IMG/VR virus record: IMGVR_UViG_3300011896_000001
Location: 1-52,991 of that record
DNA: 52,991 nt
Source of the DNA: a virus
Direction: 5' to 3' (one strand)
In this document: piece by piece, positions 13,724 through 23,466 of the stretch
How positions within the stretch are numbered: position 1 is the first letter of the stretch
Layout: each line of letters opens with the position of its first letter
Position numbers and translations under genes: made by a program
Notes under the pieces: generated by a model
Databases searched by the model: none
Told to the model about the DNA's origin: nothing
What the model saw: the letters and a program-made list of their open reading frames with translations, nothing else

Positions 13724-13794
13724 AACGTCACGACACCTCCTAGTGAGAGTATTCCATGAGGTTTAAAAAAATCCTGCAAATAAAAAAGCCCTGT

Positions 13795-14382
13795 TTATAC
13801 AGAGCTTTTTTCAGCATTTCTTTTCAATTCATTAAGCCTTTTATCTAGGACCTTGAAATCTTTTGACATATCTGTCAACAATCTCATTATTTTTTCATGT
13901 TGTTCATCTTCCTTTTGTGAAATCTTTTGGTTATTTTCAATTATTTCTTGCATATGTTTGAGTCTTTTGTATTCATCTTCGAGTCTTTCTCTTTCTCTAG
14001 TTACCATAGCCTTTTTATTATTAAATCCAATTGTTACATATACAAAACCTAATGCCAAAAGACTTGCAGTAGTACTTATCGAATCAAGAGTATCTTTATC
14101 CAATGATGTTACAAACTTAGAATTCGGATAAACTAGTATACTCATTGTTGCTAAAATATATAATAAGCTATCAATAAATAGTATAAACTTGTTATTCGAA
14201 TTGTTGTGTCTTTTACTTAAAAAGTCTGCTAGTGTCAAACACAATCCTGATGCTGAGATACCAGTCACTAACGCAGAGCTAATATTCGCAGATCCTGTAG
14301 CATTCCAAAGACCTAAACCAACTATTGCCAACCCAAGATATATTGTTATTTTCTCCATATCCCAAAATAAATCTCTTTCCAT
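13795..14382 (-). CDS. Membrane protein (about 4 TM) with a C-terminal coiled coil, 195 aa from MERDLFW.
   Basis: Track ORF 13795..14499. A GGGAAGG RBS lies before the internal ATG at 14382. Confidence 0.6.
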   Translation of the reverse strand: MERDLFWDMEKITIYLGLAIVGLGLWNATGSANISSALVTGISASGLCLTLADFLSKRHNNSNNKFILFIDSLLYILATMSILVYPNSKFVTSLDKDTLDSISTTASLLALGFVYVTIGFNNKKAMVTRERERLEDEYKRLKHMQEIIENNQKISQKEDEQHEKIMRLLTDMSKDFKVLDKRLNELKRNAEKSSV

Positions 14383-14473
14383 ACCTGAACAACCTTCCCT
14401 AACGTTATATGATGTTACAATTATATAGTAAAATATTGTAATTTGATATCTTAAATACATTAGGTCTAGACTA

Positions 14474-14962
14474 TTAAATAGCCTTTGCAATCTCAACAAG
14501 CAGCCTCATAAATAAAGGAATCATTTGAACAACTATATAACCAATCCCTGCACGACTTATTAGCGAGAATCCCCGTTCCTGGCTACCAACCATAATGAAC
14601 AGCCCACCGCATAACGCTACAACGGATGCAATCGGATAGGATACGGCTTTAATCAAGAAGATAACCGGTTCAAATGCGTTTACAATACGATTGTATAATT
14701 GGCCATCTATATAATTCTTTATCTTTCCGTCGTTTGATTGCACATCTTTAAATACTTCATTTACGTCTGGATTATTTCCATCAGCAAATACATGCGGAAT
14801 ATCTATAATTTGGCTGAATATAATAGCACTACCGATCACAATACTTATTCGCGCCGCCACGGGTGCGTATTTTTTTGCTTTCTTTTTGAACAAGCTCCAC
14901 TTCTTCTTTGCTCCATAGTTACCATCCATAAAATCTTTGATGCTCATTGTCTCAGTTGCCAT
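14474..14962 (-). CDS. Membrane protein, 162 aa from MATETMSIKDF.
   Basis: Track ORF 14474..15103. An AGGGAG RBS lies 9 nt before the ATG at 14962. There are three hydrophobic segments. Confidence 0.6.
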   Translation of the reverse strand: MATETMSIKDFMDGNYGAKKKWSLFKKKAKKYAPVAARISIVIGSAIIFSQIIDIPHVFADGNNPDVNEVFKDVQSNDGKIKNYIDGQLYNRIVNAFEPVIFLIKAVSYPIASVVALCGGLFIMVGSQERGFSLISRAGIGYIVVQMIPLFMRLLVEIAKAI

Positions 14963-14981
14963 ATGGACCATCTCCCTGTTT

Positions 14982-15578
14982 TTAATGGAAATCAGTAACC
15001 GTAAATATGTTACAATCCAATCCCTCACAAAGCTTTTGGAGTTGTTTTCTGCGGTATTCCGTCGTGGTGTACCAAATAAATTTAGGAGACTTTTCAAATA
15101 CATTGCATTCCATTAATTTGCGATACTTCTGCATCTTGATACGGTTCGCGCTCATTTTCTGTTCATGATCCACTTCTACAATGTGATAACGGCCATTATC
15201 CGTAAATAATGCGTCTGCAATTATGGAAACGATACCTTTCACATTCATCTTTACTTCCTGCTTCCATGTTTTCGGGCATTCATAAGCGATGTAAATATCG
15301 TTCCTCATAATGTAATGGCGAAATTGATTCGAACGCTTGAGTATCTTCTTACTTCCGATACGTTCACGCCCTTCCTTGTTAAGATAATAAATCTTTTCTC
15401 CATCCCTAAAGCTAGACACATATTCTTCAATTCCTTTCATAACACGAGAAGCGTTCCTGTCACCGCCAAGATCGTGAAGTACCTGGATTTGCTTCCTGCT
15501 AAGAAAGCCGAGTTTCTTCAAGCTCAAGAGTATACTTTCCGTTCGCGCTTCCTTCATTGCTAACTTTTGCATTTTCAT
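14982..15578 (-). CDS. Replication-relaxation (Replic_Relax) family protein, 198 aa.
   Basis: The N-terminal wHTH is ILLSLKKLGFLSRKQIQVLHDLGGDRNASRVMKGIEE, followed by YYLNKEGRERIG and FRHYIMRNDIYI. It is paired with the FtsK-like gene. Confidence 0.7.
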   Translation of the reverse strand: MKMQKLAMKEARTESILLSLKKLGFLSRKQIQVLHDLGGDRNASRVMKGIEEYVSSFRDGEKIYYLNKEGRERIGSKKILKRSNQFRHYIMRNDIYIAYECPKTWKQEVKMNVKGIVSIIADALFTDNGRYHIVEVDHEQKMSANRIKMQKYRKLMECNVFEKSPKFIWYTTTEYRRKQLQKLCEGLDCNIFTVTDFH

Positions 15579-16794
15579 TCTCCTTTCTCGCTCTGATGTT
15601 GACGTGTGGCTTTATGATGTTATCAATTTGCTTATTATCGATATAAATTGTCTGTAGGACCTTTTTCTCGTTCGTTTGATATATAGCCCTTCCTTTTATG
15701 TTAGGAAGGCTCTCTGCACCGCCCTCGTCTAATACAGCACGGCTCCCTGCTTCTGTCTGTAATCTAAAGCAAACACGAGCGCCAATGTTTTGACGCAGTT
15801 GTGACGGCATAGCGCTATTCGTCGGATATTGGGTTGCATATATTAAACGGAATCCAGCCGCCCTGCCACGACGACCAATATCAACAATAATGTCCTGGCA
15901 CTCCTGATATGGCGCTATATCGGCTGCTTCATCTACGATTACAAAATACCGTACTGGATCCCTGGCTTCTTTTATATCTTCGTATCCTTTTTCTAGTAAG
16001 TATTCGTTTCTTTCATTCAGTTTGGTTTGCAAGTCTCTTAGAGTCTCTAGGGCTTCCTCTGGATTCTTCGCAATTGATTCGACTTGGTTTAAGAATCGGT
16101 AACGGTTGAAAGAGAGACCACCCTTCAAATCTATAAGGAATAGCTTTATATTTTCTGATTGGTTACGTACCAAGGATGTAATGATGAGCTTTAGTACATT
16201 AGATTTACCCATATCCGTCATGCCGGCAGAGATCATATGTGATAACTGGTCAAAGTCGTGTTTTATCAATCCATCCCTTGTATAACCAATAGGTACTTCC
16301 CATCCCCTACATTGCTTCATCATCTCTTCTTCAAATTTCACGAAATCAGGAATCCCTTTCTCGTAAACTCGTATTTTAAGTAACCCATCGTAAGACAGCT
16401 CAATTTCCTTTCTAACGAGTTTTTTCTTGTTTATGATGTTTTGTATTTGTTTTAAGATATCTTTTCGCAGCCGAAGAGATTTGAAGTCTTGTAGTTTAAA
16501 ATCATAAACTTTGCTCTTGTGATTTAATCCGTCCTCTAAATGTTGTATCTTTTGTTCGAAATCGGAGAAGCTAAGACCGAGCGGAATCCTATACGCATAC
16601 TCAACTCCCCATTCATTTCTCGTCTTACGGAGTAGCTGTATGGTCCTGGTCTCTTTCCCTTCTTTTACTTTCAAACCACAATTAGCGCAAATCCTTTGAA
16701 TCTTAGAGGCATCATTTGTTGCTCCTTTTTGATGCATTTTTGATAGAAAAACTACACCACCAACTGCGGCTGAACTTACTAACTCAAATATCAC
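15499..16794 (-). CDS. FtsK/SpoIIIE-family DNA translocase-like ATPase, 431 aa.
   Basis: Walker A is SAGMTDMGKSNVL and Walker B is YFVIVDEAADI. GRAAGFRLIYATQYP is also present, and there is an N-terminal TM segment. Confidence 0.9.
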   Translation of the reverse strand: MIFELVSSAAVGGVVFLSKMHQKGATNDASKIQRICANCGLKVKEGKETRTIQLLRKTRNEWGVEYAYRIPLGLSFSDFEQKIQHLEDGLNHKSKVYDFKLQDFKSLRLRKDILKQIQNIINKKKLVRKEIELSYDGLLKIRVYEKGIPDFVKFEEEMMKQCRGWEVPIGYTRDGLIKHDFDQLSHMISAGMTDMGKSNVLKLIITSLVRNQSENIKLFLIDLKGGLSFNRYRFLNQVESIAKNPEEALETLRDLQTKLNERNEYLLEKGYEDIKEARDPVRYFVIVDEAADIAPYQECQDIIVDIGRRGRAAGFRLIYATQYPTNSAMPSQLRQNIGARVCFRLQTEAGSRAVLDEGGAESLPNIKGRAIYQTNEKKVLQTIYIDNKQIDNIIKPHVNIRARKENENAKVSNEGSANGKYTLELEETRLS

Positions 16795-17106
16795 AAACTC
16801 ACACCACCCTTCTTTATGTATTCTGCAAGAATAGTCCCTGAAGATTAGAAGAGATAAAAACAGCTGTGAATCATTGAAAATACTAATTTTGTAATGTCTA
16901 AAGCAACATTCTGTGAACGAACTCTATTTGGAATAGGTAAAAAGAAGTTTTAAGAGGTCATCAATTTGGAACTGAGAATCGCAATTTGTTTGGTATGGTA
17001 AAAGGTATTCTATACAGCTTGCTCAATATTCACCATTTTTAGGGGTTTATTTTTGGTGAAACTAGGACATTACTAAGGACAACAGATTCTTTAAGGAGTG
17101 AAAGTT

Positions 17107-17331
17107 GTGTGGGGCCTTGGGAAAAAACGTACAAAATTAGGTAAATATTTAGATAAGCATGGAATTGAGCAAGAATGGTTGGTAAGGAAATCAGGTCTTG
17201 GAAGGAATACTGTAGGTGATTTAGCTAATAATCCGGATAGATCACCCACGCGAAAAACAATGCAGAAGATATTGAAGGTATTGAGGGAATTTGATTCAAG
17301 GGTTAAAGCTGATGATTTTTGGGATATGTAA
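17107..17331 (+). CDS. Small HTH regulator, about 74 aa.
   Basis: LVRKSGLGRNTVGDLANNPDRSPTRKTMQKILKVL. An AAGGAG RBS lies 8 nt before the GTG at 17107. The gene is divergent from the FtsK operon. Confidence 0.6.
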   Translation: MWGLGKKRTKLGKYLDKHGIEQEWLVRKSGLGRNTVGDLANNPDRSPTRKTMQKILKVLREFDSRVKADDFWDM

Positions 17332-17332
17332 A

Positions 17333-17367
17333 ATAAGCCGCCCACAGGACGGCTCTTATTTTTTTAC
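17333..17367. terminator. Bidirectional terminator between convergent genes: AGCCG-N9-CGGCT with flanking A and T runs.
   Basis: aaataAGCCGcccacaggaCGGCTcttattttttt. Confidence 0.7.
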
Positions 17368-18299
17368 TTCTCAAACTCCGCATATTCACCTGAAACCCAT
17401 TGATCTCCACCAACATTATACCAACCATCTCTATATCCCCAAGACTGATATCTTTCGTTTTGGTACACATTTTTTACAATATCGTAGTTTGTTCCTGGGC
17501 CAGTACGAACGCGTAATACATCAGCTGTAATAGTCACTACACCAATACCATCATTTGAAGGTTTAGAAGGTGCTGGTGCATTTTCTCCTGTAAAACGAAT
17601 GTATGATGAGTCATTATATACCCACTGATCGCCACCTAAGTTTAGCCACCCATCTGACTCACCCCATACTTGGTAGCATTCTCCTTTTCCTAATTGACGA
17701 ATAACCCCATATCCAGTACCAGGTCCTTTACGAAGGTTAACATTATTCCCCTCAATATATGCAATGCCTGTCCCACTAGATGACGATGGAGTAGGCGTTG
17801 GAGCTACGTTATTACTACCACAGTTATATGCATTTTGTACTCTTTCAATAAAGCTATTCCAACGTCCTTCTGCTAGCATACGATGAGGACAATACTTCCC
17901 ACTCCATGATTGGTGTGTGCGAACTTTACTAATTGGAATATTGTACTGCTTCATTAATTGAGCTACAACAATGGCTGCATTATCTTCCGCTTTATAATAT
18001 CTATCTCCACCATTTAAAGAGTAGCAAATCTCAACTCCGATAGATTTACGATTTCCGTTACCGCCACCATCGCCGCAATGCCAAGCGTTACGTTCTAAAG
18101 GAATTCCTTGTACAGCTTCTTTATCATCTACTGCGATATGAAAAGATACTTGGTTGTCATTACGAATCATATAAGCTACTTCGTTTTCTGCTGTAGCATC
18201 GTTGTAAGTATTGTGGACCGTGATAAATTCAGGAATCATTGTATACGGACACTTTGTACCATATTTACTTGAACTAACTAGATTTTTTCTGATTTCCAT
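17364..18299 (-). CDS. Endolysin: PlyG-like N-acetylmuramoyl-L-alanine amidase (Amidase_2/PGRP) with two SH3b domains.
   Basis: SKYGTKCPYTMIPEFITVHNTYNDATAENEVAYMIRNDNQVSFHIAVDD...NAWHCGDG...THQSWSGKYCPHRML. The C-terminal region carries a duplicated GWxNxGGDQWV motif. Confidence 0.95.
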   Translation of the reverse strand: MEIRKNLVSSSKYGTKCPYTMIPEFITVHNTYNDATAENEVAYMIRNDNQVSFHIAVDDKEAVQGIPLERNAWHCGDGGGNGNRKSIGVEICYSLNGGDRYYKAEDNAAIVVAQLMKQYNIPISKVRTHQSWSGKYCPHRMLAEGRWNSFIERVQNAYNCGSNNVAPTPTPSSSSGTGIAYIEGNNVNLRKGPGTGYGVIRQLGKGECYQVWGESDGWLNLGGDQWVYNDSSYIRFTGENAPAPSKPSNDGIGVVTITADVLRVRTGPGTNYDIVKNVYQNERYQSWGYRDGWYNVGGDQWVSGEYAEFEK

Positions 18300-18724
18300 T
18301 ACTCAACATCTCCTTTTTTATCTTCTTGTTTTTGTTTACCGCCCAAAACTTCAACTGCATTTGTCAAAGCTTGTGGAAGGGGAATTCCCATTTTCCCTGC
18401 ATTTTCTAAAAGTGAAAGCAATTCATTTCCGATAAAGAAAAAGATTGTAGCTTCACGAATAGCACTATTTGACCCTATGGCTAAATCAGCTTGAGTAGCT
18501 GCCCCGACCAAAAGAAAAAGCACCACCTTTTTGGCGATGCCTTTGAATCCAACTTTACTTTTTAATTCACCGTTATATCCTGCTGCAATTACTCCTGTTA
18601 TATAGTCGATAGCTGCCATGATAACTAGAACTTTCAACGTCGTATCCCACCCTCCCAAGAAATACCCACAAAATGCTCCGAATGTAGCTACAAATGTTTT
18701 CATTAATACATCAATACGATCCAT
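18299..18724 (-). CDS. Holin, phage_holin_4_1 type, 141 aa.
   Basis: GGWDTTLKVLVIMAAIDYITGVIAA...KSKVGFKGIAKKVVLFLLV. It lies immediately upstream of the endolysin. Confidence 0.85.
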   Translation of the reverse strand: MDRIDVLMKTFVATFGAFCGYFLGGWDTTLKVLVIMAAIDYITGVIAAGYNGELKSKVGFKGIAKKVVLFLLVGAATQADLAIGSNSAIREATIFFFIGNELLSLLENAGKMGIPLPQALTNAVEVLGGKQKQEDKKGDVE

Positions 18725-18743
18725 ATTATTTCACTCCTTTTCT

Positions 18744-18775
18744 CAAAATAAAAAAGCCTGCTATATAGCACGCTT
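18744..18775 (-). terminator. Hairpin plus T-run on the minus strand, 20 nt upstream of the holin start.
   Basis: The minus strand reads AAGCGTGCTATATAGCAGGCTT followed by TTTTTTATTTT. The stem has one central mismatch. Confidence 0.45.
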
Positions 18776-18903
18776 AGTTTTGTTGTAAAAGCTGTATTTT
18801 ATATAGTTTTTCTATTCAAACATTAAACCTTTATATAAAGAGTATTTGTTCAAGAAATTTATGGTAATATTAAATACGTATTATCTATATAAAGGAGAAA
18901 AAG

Positions 18904-20058
18904 ATGAATAAACGTTACTTAGAATTAGACTCACTACGCGGTTTAGCTGCATTATCTGTACTATTTTATCATTGTTTAAGGATATTTCCGTCCCTTGATA
19001 TTGGGGCTCCTGATTTCGTGAATGATAGTGATAATTGGTTTATTAACGCTTTACTCAATACCCCTCTACGAATATTTTGGTCTGGACACGAATCGGTAAT
19101 TTTATTCTTTATTTTGAGTGGATTTGTACTATCACTACCATATTATGCAGGGAAGAAAATAGAATATAAAACATATATACTAAAAAGGTCTATTCGAATT
19201 TATATTCCGTATGTTATTGCAACTGTTATTGCAATGATAGCAGCCATTACCTTATCTAAAAATGGGTTTTCTATTTACAGTGATTGGTTTAATCGAATTT
19301 GGACTTATGAAACTTCATTCTCAGATATTATGAATCATGTTTTGTTCTTAGGTGATTATAATGCAAATCAGTTTAATACTGTAATTTGGTCGTTAGTGCA
19401 TGAAATGCGTATTTCTATTATTTTTCCTTTTGTAATGTTTTTCGTGTTACGTTTTAATTGGAAATATAATATAAGTCTTAGTTTTGCATTAAGCTTAATC
19501 TCATTTGTGTTACTTAAAGTGTTTATGCCTACATCAAACACGAATTTTATAATTACTATTCATTACACTTCAATGTTTATAATAGGTGCATTATTAGCAA
19601 AACATATAGACGTCATTTCGAATTATTTCAAAAAACTTAGCAAATCTAGCAAAATTATTGTTTTTTTAATTGCAGTAATTTCATACACATACAATGGATT
19701 GTTCTCTAATATTGAGATTATACATAAGTTCCTTATTGATGAATATGCAATTGCAGTTGGAGGATCTTTATTTATTATTATCGCCTTATCATCAGATGTT
19801 TTTTCGAAATTTTTAAATTTAAGACCCATATTATTTTTAGGTAAAATTTCTTATAGTTTATATCTATACCATACAATAATATTATTCTCACTAATTTACA
19901 TTTTTAACGACGTACTTCCGATTTCTATAATTTTATTTAGCGTCATAATACTTTCACTTATTTTATCTAGTATTTTTTATTATCTAGTAGAATCTCCATC
20001 TATGAAATTAGGTAAAAAGATATCTAATAAAAAACACACACAAAATAAAGCAGCTTAA
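18904..20058 (+). CDS. Acyltransferase_3-family integral membrane O-acyltransferase; a moron in reverse orientation.
   Basis: YLELDSLRGLAALSVLFYHC followed by about 10 TM segments. It has its own RBS and terminator and is the only plus-strand gene inside the late region. Confidence 0.9.
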   Translation: MNKRYLELDSLRGLAALSVLFYHCLRIFPSLDIGAPDFVNDSDNWFINALLNTPLRIFWSGHESVILFFILSGFVLSLPYYAGKKIEYKTYILKRSIRIYIPYVIATVIAMIAAITLSKNGFSIYSDWFNRIWTYETSFSDIMNHVLFLGDYNANQFNTVIWSLVHEMRISIIFPFVMFFVLRFNWKYNISLSFALSLISFVLLKVFMPTSNTNFIITIHYTSMFIIGALLAKHIDVISNYFKKLSKSSKIIVFLIAVISYTYNGLFSNIEIIHKFLIDEYAIAVGGSLFIIIALSSDVFSKFLNLRPILFLGKISYSLYLYHTIILFSLIYIFNDVLPISIILFSVIILSLILSSIFYYLVESPSMKLGKKISNKKHTQNKAA

Positions 20059-20086
20059 ACCGGATGAACATCTATCCGGTTTTTTA
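20059..20086 (+). terminator. Intrinsic terminator: accggat-N8-atccggt followed by T5.
   Basis: Read directly after the acyltransferase stop. Confidence 0.8.
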
Positions 20087-20099
20087 TATAATCATTTCG

Positions 20100-20204
20100 C
20101 TAAATAGTTATTATCTTTATCAAACAATAAAGAAAAATCCAGAAATTGAAAGATATTACACAACCATAACGAATTCCTTTAATAAAGTTTCCATTAGATG
20201 CCAT
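20100..20204 (-). CDS. Possible hydrophobic micro-protein, 34 aa (MASNGNFIKGIRYGCVISFNFWIFLYCLIKIITI).
   Basis: My own translation. A GGAGG RBS lies 5 nt upstream. There is no other support. Confidence 0.3.
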   Translation of the reverse strand: MASNGNFIKGIRYGCVISFNFWIFLYCLIKIITI

Positions 20205-20323
20205 ATAAACCTCCACTTTTTATAATGTAGATGTAATGTCAATATTAAACATTTAATGTTAATTTGGTGTGGATTAAAGGTGTATATAGTGTTAATTTAT
20301 CATAAATACATCATAATACTTTA

Positions 20324-22306
20324 TCACTTTAAGATAACACTTGTATCATTATATATTCCGCTATGTGCGGTCAAATTTGTGCCACTAACTATGTCTTTTA
20401 ATATCGTTGTATTTAATGAACAATCGACATAAGCGATATCATACATACCTCGCTTTGTGATTTCTGTAATATCAGGTGTTGGGACGATTTCTTTACTCGC
20501 TACTCCTAGCCCTTTTAATTTGAAATTGCAGGATTGTTTATACAAGTTCAAGTTGAATGATCCGTTAACAATAAGTCCATATGTGTTTAAGTTAGCGATG
20601 TTACCGTTGAAGTTACTAGTACCTTGAAGAATCCCGTTTCGATAGAAAGATACAGTTTTTACACCAGCGTTATCAGTAATGGTTAGGGTTAATCTTTCTA
20701 GATGTTCTTTACTACTAGCAGTTTGAGAAACCTTATTTATAACATACTCTCTAATTGTAGATACATCTCCATGCAGTATAGTCCCTTTAGGCGTTATACA
20801 TAAATCTTCTCCTTCGACAGAAGCGTAAAATCCATACTCATTAACTCTTGTTTTCCTATCCAAATCGTATTCTATTATTTTCTGTCCATTATTTGAAGCT
20901 GCATACAATTTATCACCAGCAATATCGATTCCCTGAACATGAGTTGTATCTATTTGGAAAGAACTAACCTCATTAAAGTTCGTATTATACACATAGATAT
21001 TCGTAAGCCCACCAGCTGTTTGCCAATCAGGGCAATAAAACAGCCCTTTATGGAACGCAATTCCTGATAAACCCCCACCTGAATTTTTTGTAATCGTAAT
21101 TTCCTTTGCAAGTGACATATCGTTTGTGTTAAAAACAAATATTTTATGGTCTACAACATTTGTTGGATATCCATTTGACGGTACATATAAGTACTTACCT
21201 ACAATACATATGCCACAAGGATGACCGTAATTAGTAGGTAAAATATAACCTTTCACTAAAGTTCCATCCATTTTCCTTTTATGGACATTGTACGTATTTT
21301 TATCAAGTCTATTGTTCGATGTGTATATATATACGCCATCTGTTGTAATCCCTTGTGAAGCTCCATAACTTTCAAGTGGAATTTCTTTGATTAAATCAAA
21401 ATTAAGGTTTGTCTTGGATTTTATTTTGCCAATCCACCAGTTACTTACAGAATTTCGCACATCGACAGTTATTTTTAAATCGTTATCAATTCCAAAAAAC
21501 CATTGATTAGGTTTGAAAACAAGCCTTTTTTCGTTCTGATCATCTTGACTAAAATCTAATTTACTCTGGTCTATAGAAATAAGACAATCAATTGTGATAG
21601 GTACTTGAGCGTACTTATCGTTATGCGGAAGACTCGCCTGTTGGTTAGTATCAAATTGCCATCCGTTCGTTTGCACTGCTCCATTTTTTACTTCTTTTGC
21701 AATCTCAGAAACGCTTGAAATTTGATCTTGAACGTCTGTAATTTTATCGTGTATAGCGTCTGTGTGGTCTTTCAACGTTTCATGTTCAGTTCCATCTTTT
21801 TCCACTCGCGCTTGCACTACTTCTTGTACTACATTCCCAGCGGCGACAATTTCATCAATATCTATTCCTTCAAGTTTATTTCCAACTTGAATTGCCTTTT
21901 GAAGCGCAAGAAATTCATTGGTTGATTCTAATGCATCTTGAGACAGAATTGATTTATCTATAAAGAATTCAAACTTTCTACATTCGAGTATTTTATCTCC
22001 ATCCTCGATATGGATTTGACCGTAGCCTTTTCCATCTACCACGAGAGTTTGTGTGTTTAGTATTACTTCATATTTCCCTGTTGTGGCATCAATCGCTGTA
22101 CAATTATCTTGAAAAACGATAGTACCATCAGGCTTTTTTAAAACAATTTTAACTTGTGCATTTGTTAAATTTATAGGTTGTTTTCTATCTGTAATACAGA
22201 AGACTAAATGTGCACTGTTATGATCGTTTTGGAAGAATCTTATATTGTAAGGTGGATCTATATCAACGATTAAATCTGTAGTGAATTCGTATGTTTTTAA
22301 AGTCAC
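20324..22306 (-). CDS. Tail fibre or receptor-binding protein (BppU-N-like N-terminus with a beta-rich C-terminus), 660 aa.
   Basis: The N-terminal ~115 aa are paralogous to 22322..23455 (INLTNAQVKIVLKKPDGT...TGKYEVIL). It is the last gene of the tail module. Confidence 0.65.
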   Translation of the reverse strand: MTLKTYEFTTDLIVDIDPPYNIRFFQNDHNSAHLVFCITDRKQPINLTNAQVKIVLKKPDGTIVFQDNCTAIDATTGKYEVILNTQTLVVDGKGYGQIHIEDGDKILECRKFEFFIDKSILSQDALESTNEFLALQKAIQVGNKLEGIDIDEIVAAGNVVQEVVQARVEKDGTEHETLKDHTDAIHDKITDVQDQISSVSEIAKEVKNGAVQTNGWQFDTNQQASLPHNDKYAQVPITIDCLISIDQSKLDFSQDDQNEKRLVFKPNQWFFGIDNDLKITVDVRNSVSNWWIGKIKSKTNLNFDLIKEIPLESYGASQGITTDGVYIYTSNNRLDKNTYNVHKRKMDGTLVKGYILPTNYGHPCGICIVGKYLYVPSNGYPTNVVDHKIFVFNTNDMSLAKEITITKNSGGGLSGIAFHKGLFYCPDWQTAGGLTNIYVYNTNFNEVSSFQIDTTHVQGIDIAGDKLYAASNNGQKIIEYDLDRKTRVNEYGFYASVEGEDLCITPKGTILHGDVSTIREYVINKVSQTASSKEHLERLTLTITDNAGVKTVSFYRNGILQGTSNFNGNIANLNTYGLIVNGSFNLNLYKQSCNFKLKGLGVASKEIVPTPDITEITKRGMYDIAYVDCSLNTTILKDIVSGTNLTAHSGIYNDTSVILK

Positions 22307-22321
22307 ATTGAGACCTCCTTG

Positions 22322-23455
22322 TTAAAGTGGAATACTAACAGCTATATGGATTGTTGAGCTTGCAACTGTTCCATTGACGAAAATTCCGCCATCACTTTGG
22401 ATTGTCAACTCACAATTTGTAGTTGTAGCTCCAGATATCATAACCGCTGGAAATGCGATATTCTGAATAGGTCTAAAACCATTCGGAAGAGTAGCAAATA
22501 CTGATACATTTTGAGGATTTCTAATAGAACCAATCAAATTAACCTGGTCGCCATTTCTTTTATATTTCATAGGTCGATCGGGAACATTTGTAACCCCAGT
22601 AGTACTTAAATTATTCCATCCACTATCTGTACTTTTTTTAAATCCTTGAGCATCAAAGACCCATCCAACAAAATCTCCTTTATGAACATTTTCTTGCCAT
22701 CCTGACCATGCACCATTATCCAGGTAATTCGTAAATAATTTGTTTTGAGAGTCCTTAGCTAAGATAAAGCCGTTAGAATTGTCGCTAAGATACGATATAC
22801 CGCGAAATGCTTTATTATTAGGGGTTTGTCCTTGTACGCCGCTAACGCAGTATATAGCCCTCATTCCTGCACCTTTATTAAGAATCTCATTTAAAATATT
22901 TTTGCTTACATCCGTTACAGAAATATTAGGGGTTCCATCCTGATTGGTTATTTTAGGAACTTGTACATTATTCGCTTCAACTAATTGTTTTAGCTGATTT
23001 ACTAATGCTGTAGCATCATCAATATCTTTTCTGTAGGATTTTATTATTTCTAAAGCTTTATCAAAATCGGAAATATAGTTGGAAATTTTAAAATTTCCTT
23101 GTTTTACATCTCTTCCTAATGTAATTTTTATATCTTGAGTGCTAAAACGCTCCGTCTCATTTTTTTCACAAACAAAATAAGCGTTCCACTCACCAGGAGT
23201 TGAAACCGCCTCTTTGGAAAAAACATATTCAATTACCCCTTTAGTAACATCAACAATAGTTGCGTCATCGCGGGTAAATTTCCCAACGTTATTTATTGCT
23301 TCGTACTTAACCGTATAACCAGTTAAGTTAATTGGTCTGCCGTTCTCTTTTAAATAAACTGTTAATTTTAGTCCGCCTTTATCATTCTGCCGTGATCGTA
23401 TCGTTTTCGAAAATATAGTGTTGGCCAAATCTATAATTAAAACCTCATTACGCAA
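22322..23455 (-). CDS. Baseplate upper / tail fibre protein (BppU-N-like), 377 aa.
   Basis: INLTGYTVKYEAINNVGKFT...GVIEYVFSKEAVSTPGEW. Called from this motif and its position after Tal. Confidence 0.6.
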   Translation of the reverse strand: MRNEVLIIDLANTIFSKTIRSRQNDKGGLKLTVYLKENGRPINLTGYTVKYEAINNVGKFTRDDATIVDVTKGVIEYVFSKEAVSTPGEWNAYFVCEKNETERFSTQDIKITLGRDVKQGNFKISNYISDFDKALEIIKSYRKDIDDATALVNQLKQLVEANNVQVPKITNQDGTPNISVTDVSKNILNEILNKGAGMRAIYCVSGVQGQTPNNKAFRGISYLSDNSNGFILAKDSQNKLFTNYLDNGAWSGWQENVHKGDFVGWVFDAQGFKKSTDSGWNNLSTTGVTNVPDRPMKYKRNGDQVNLIGSIRNPQNVSVFATLPNGFRPIQNIAFPAVMISGATTTNCELTIQSDGGIFVNGTVASSTIHIAVSIPL

Positions 23456-23466
23456 CTAATCACCGC

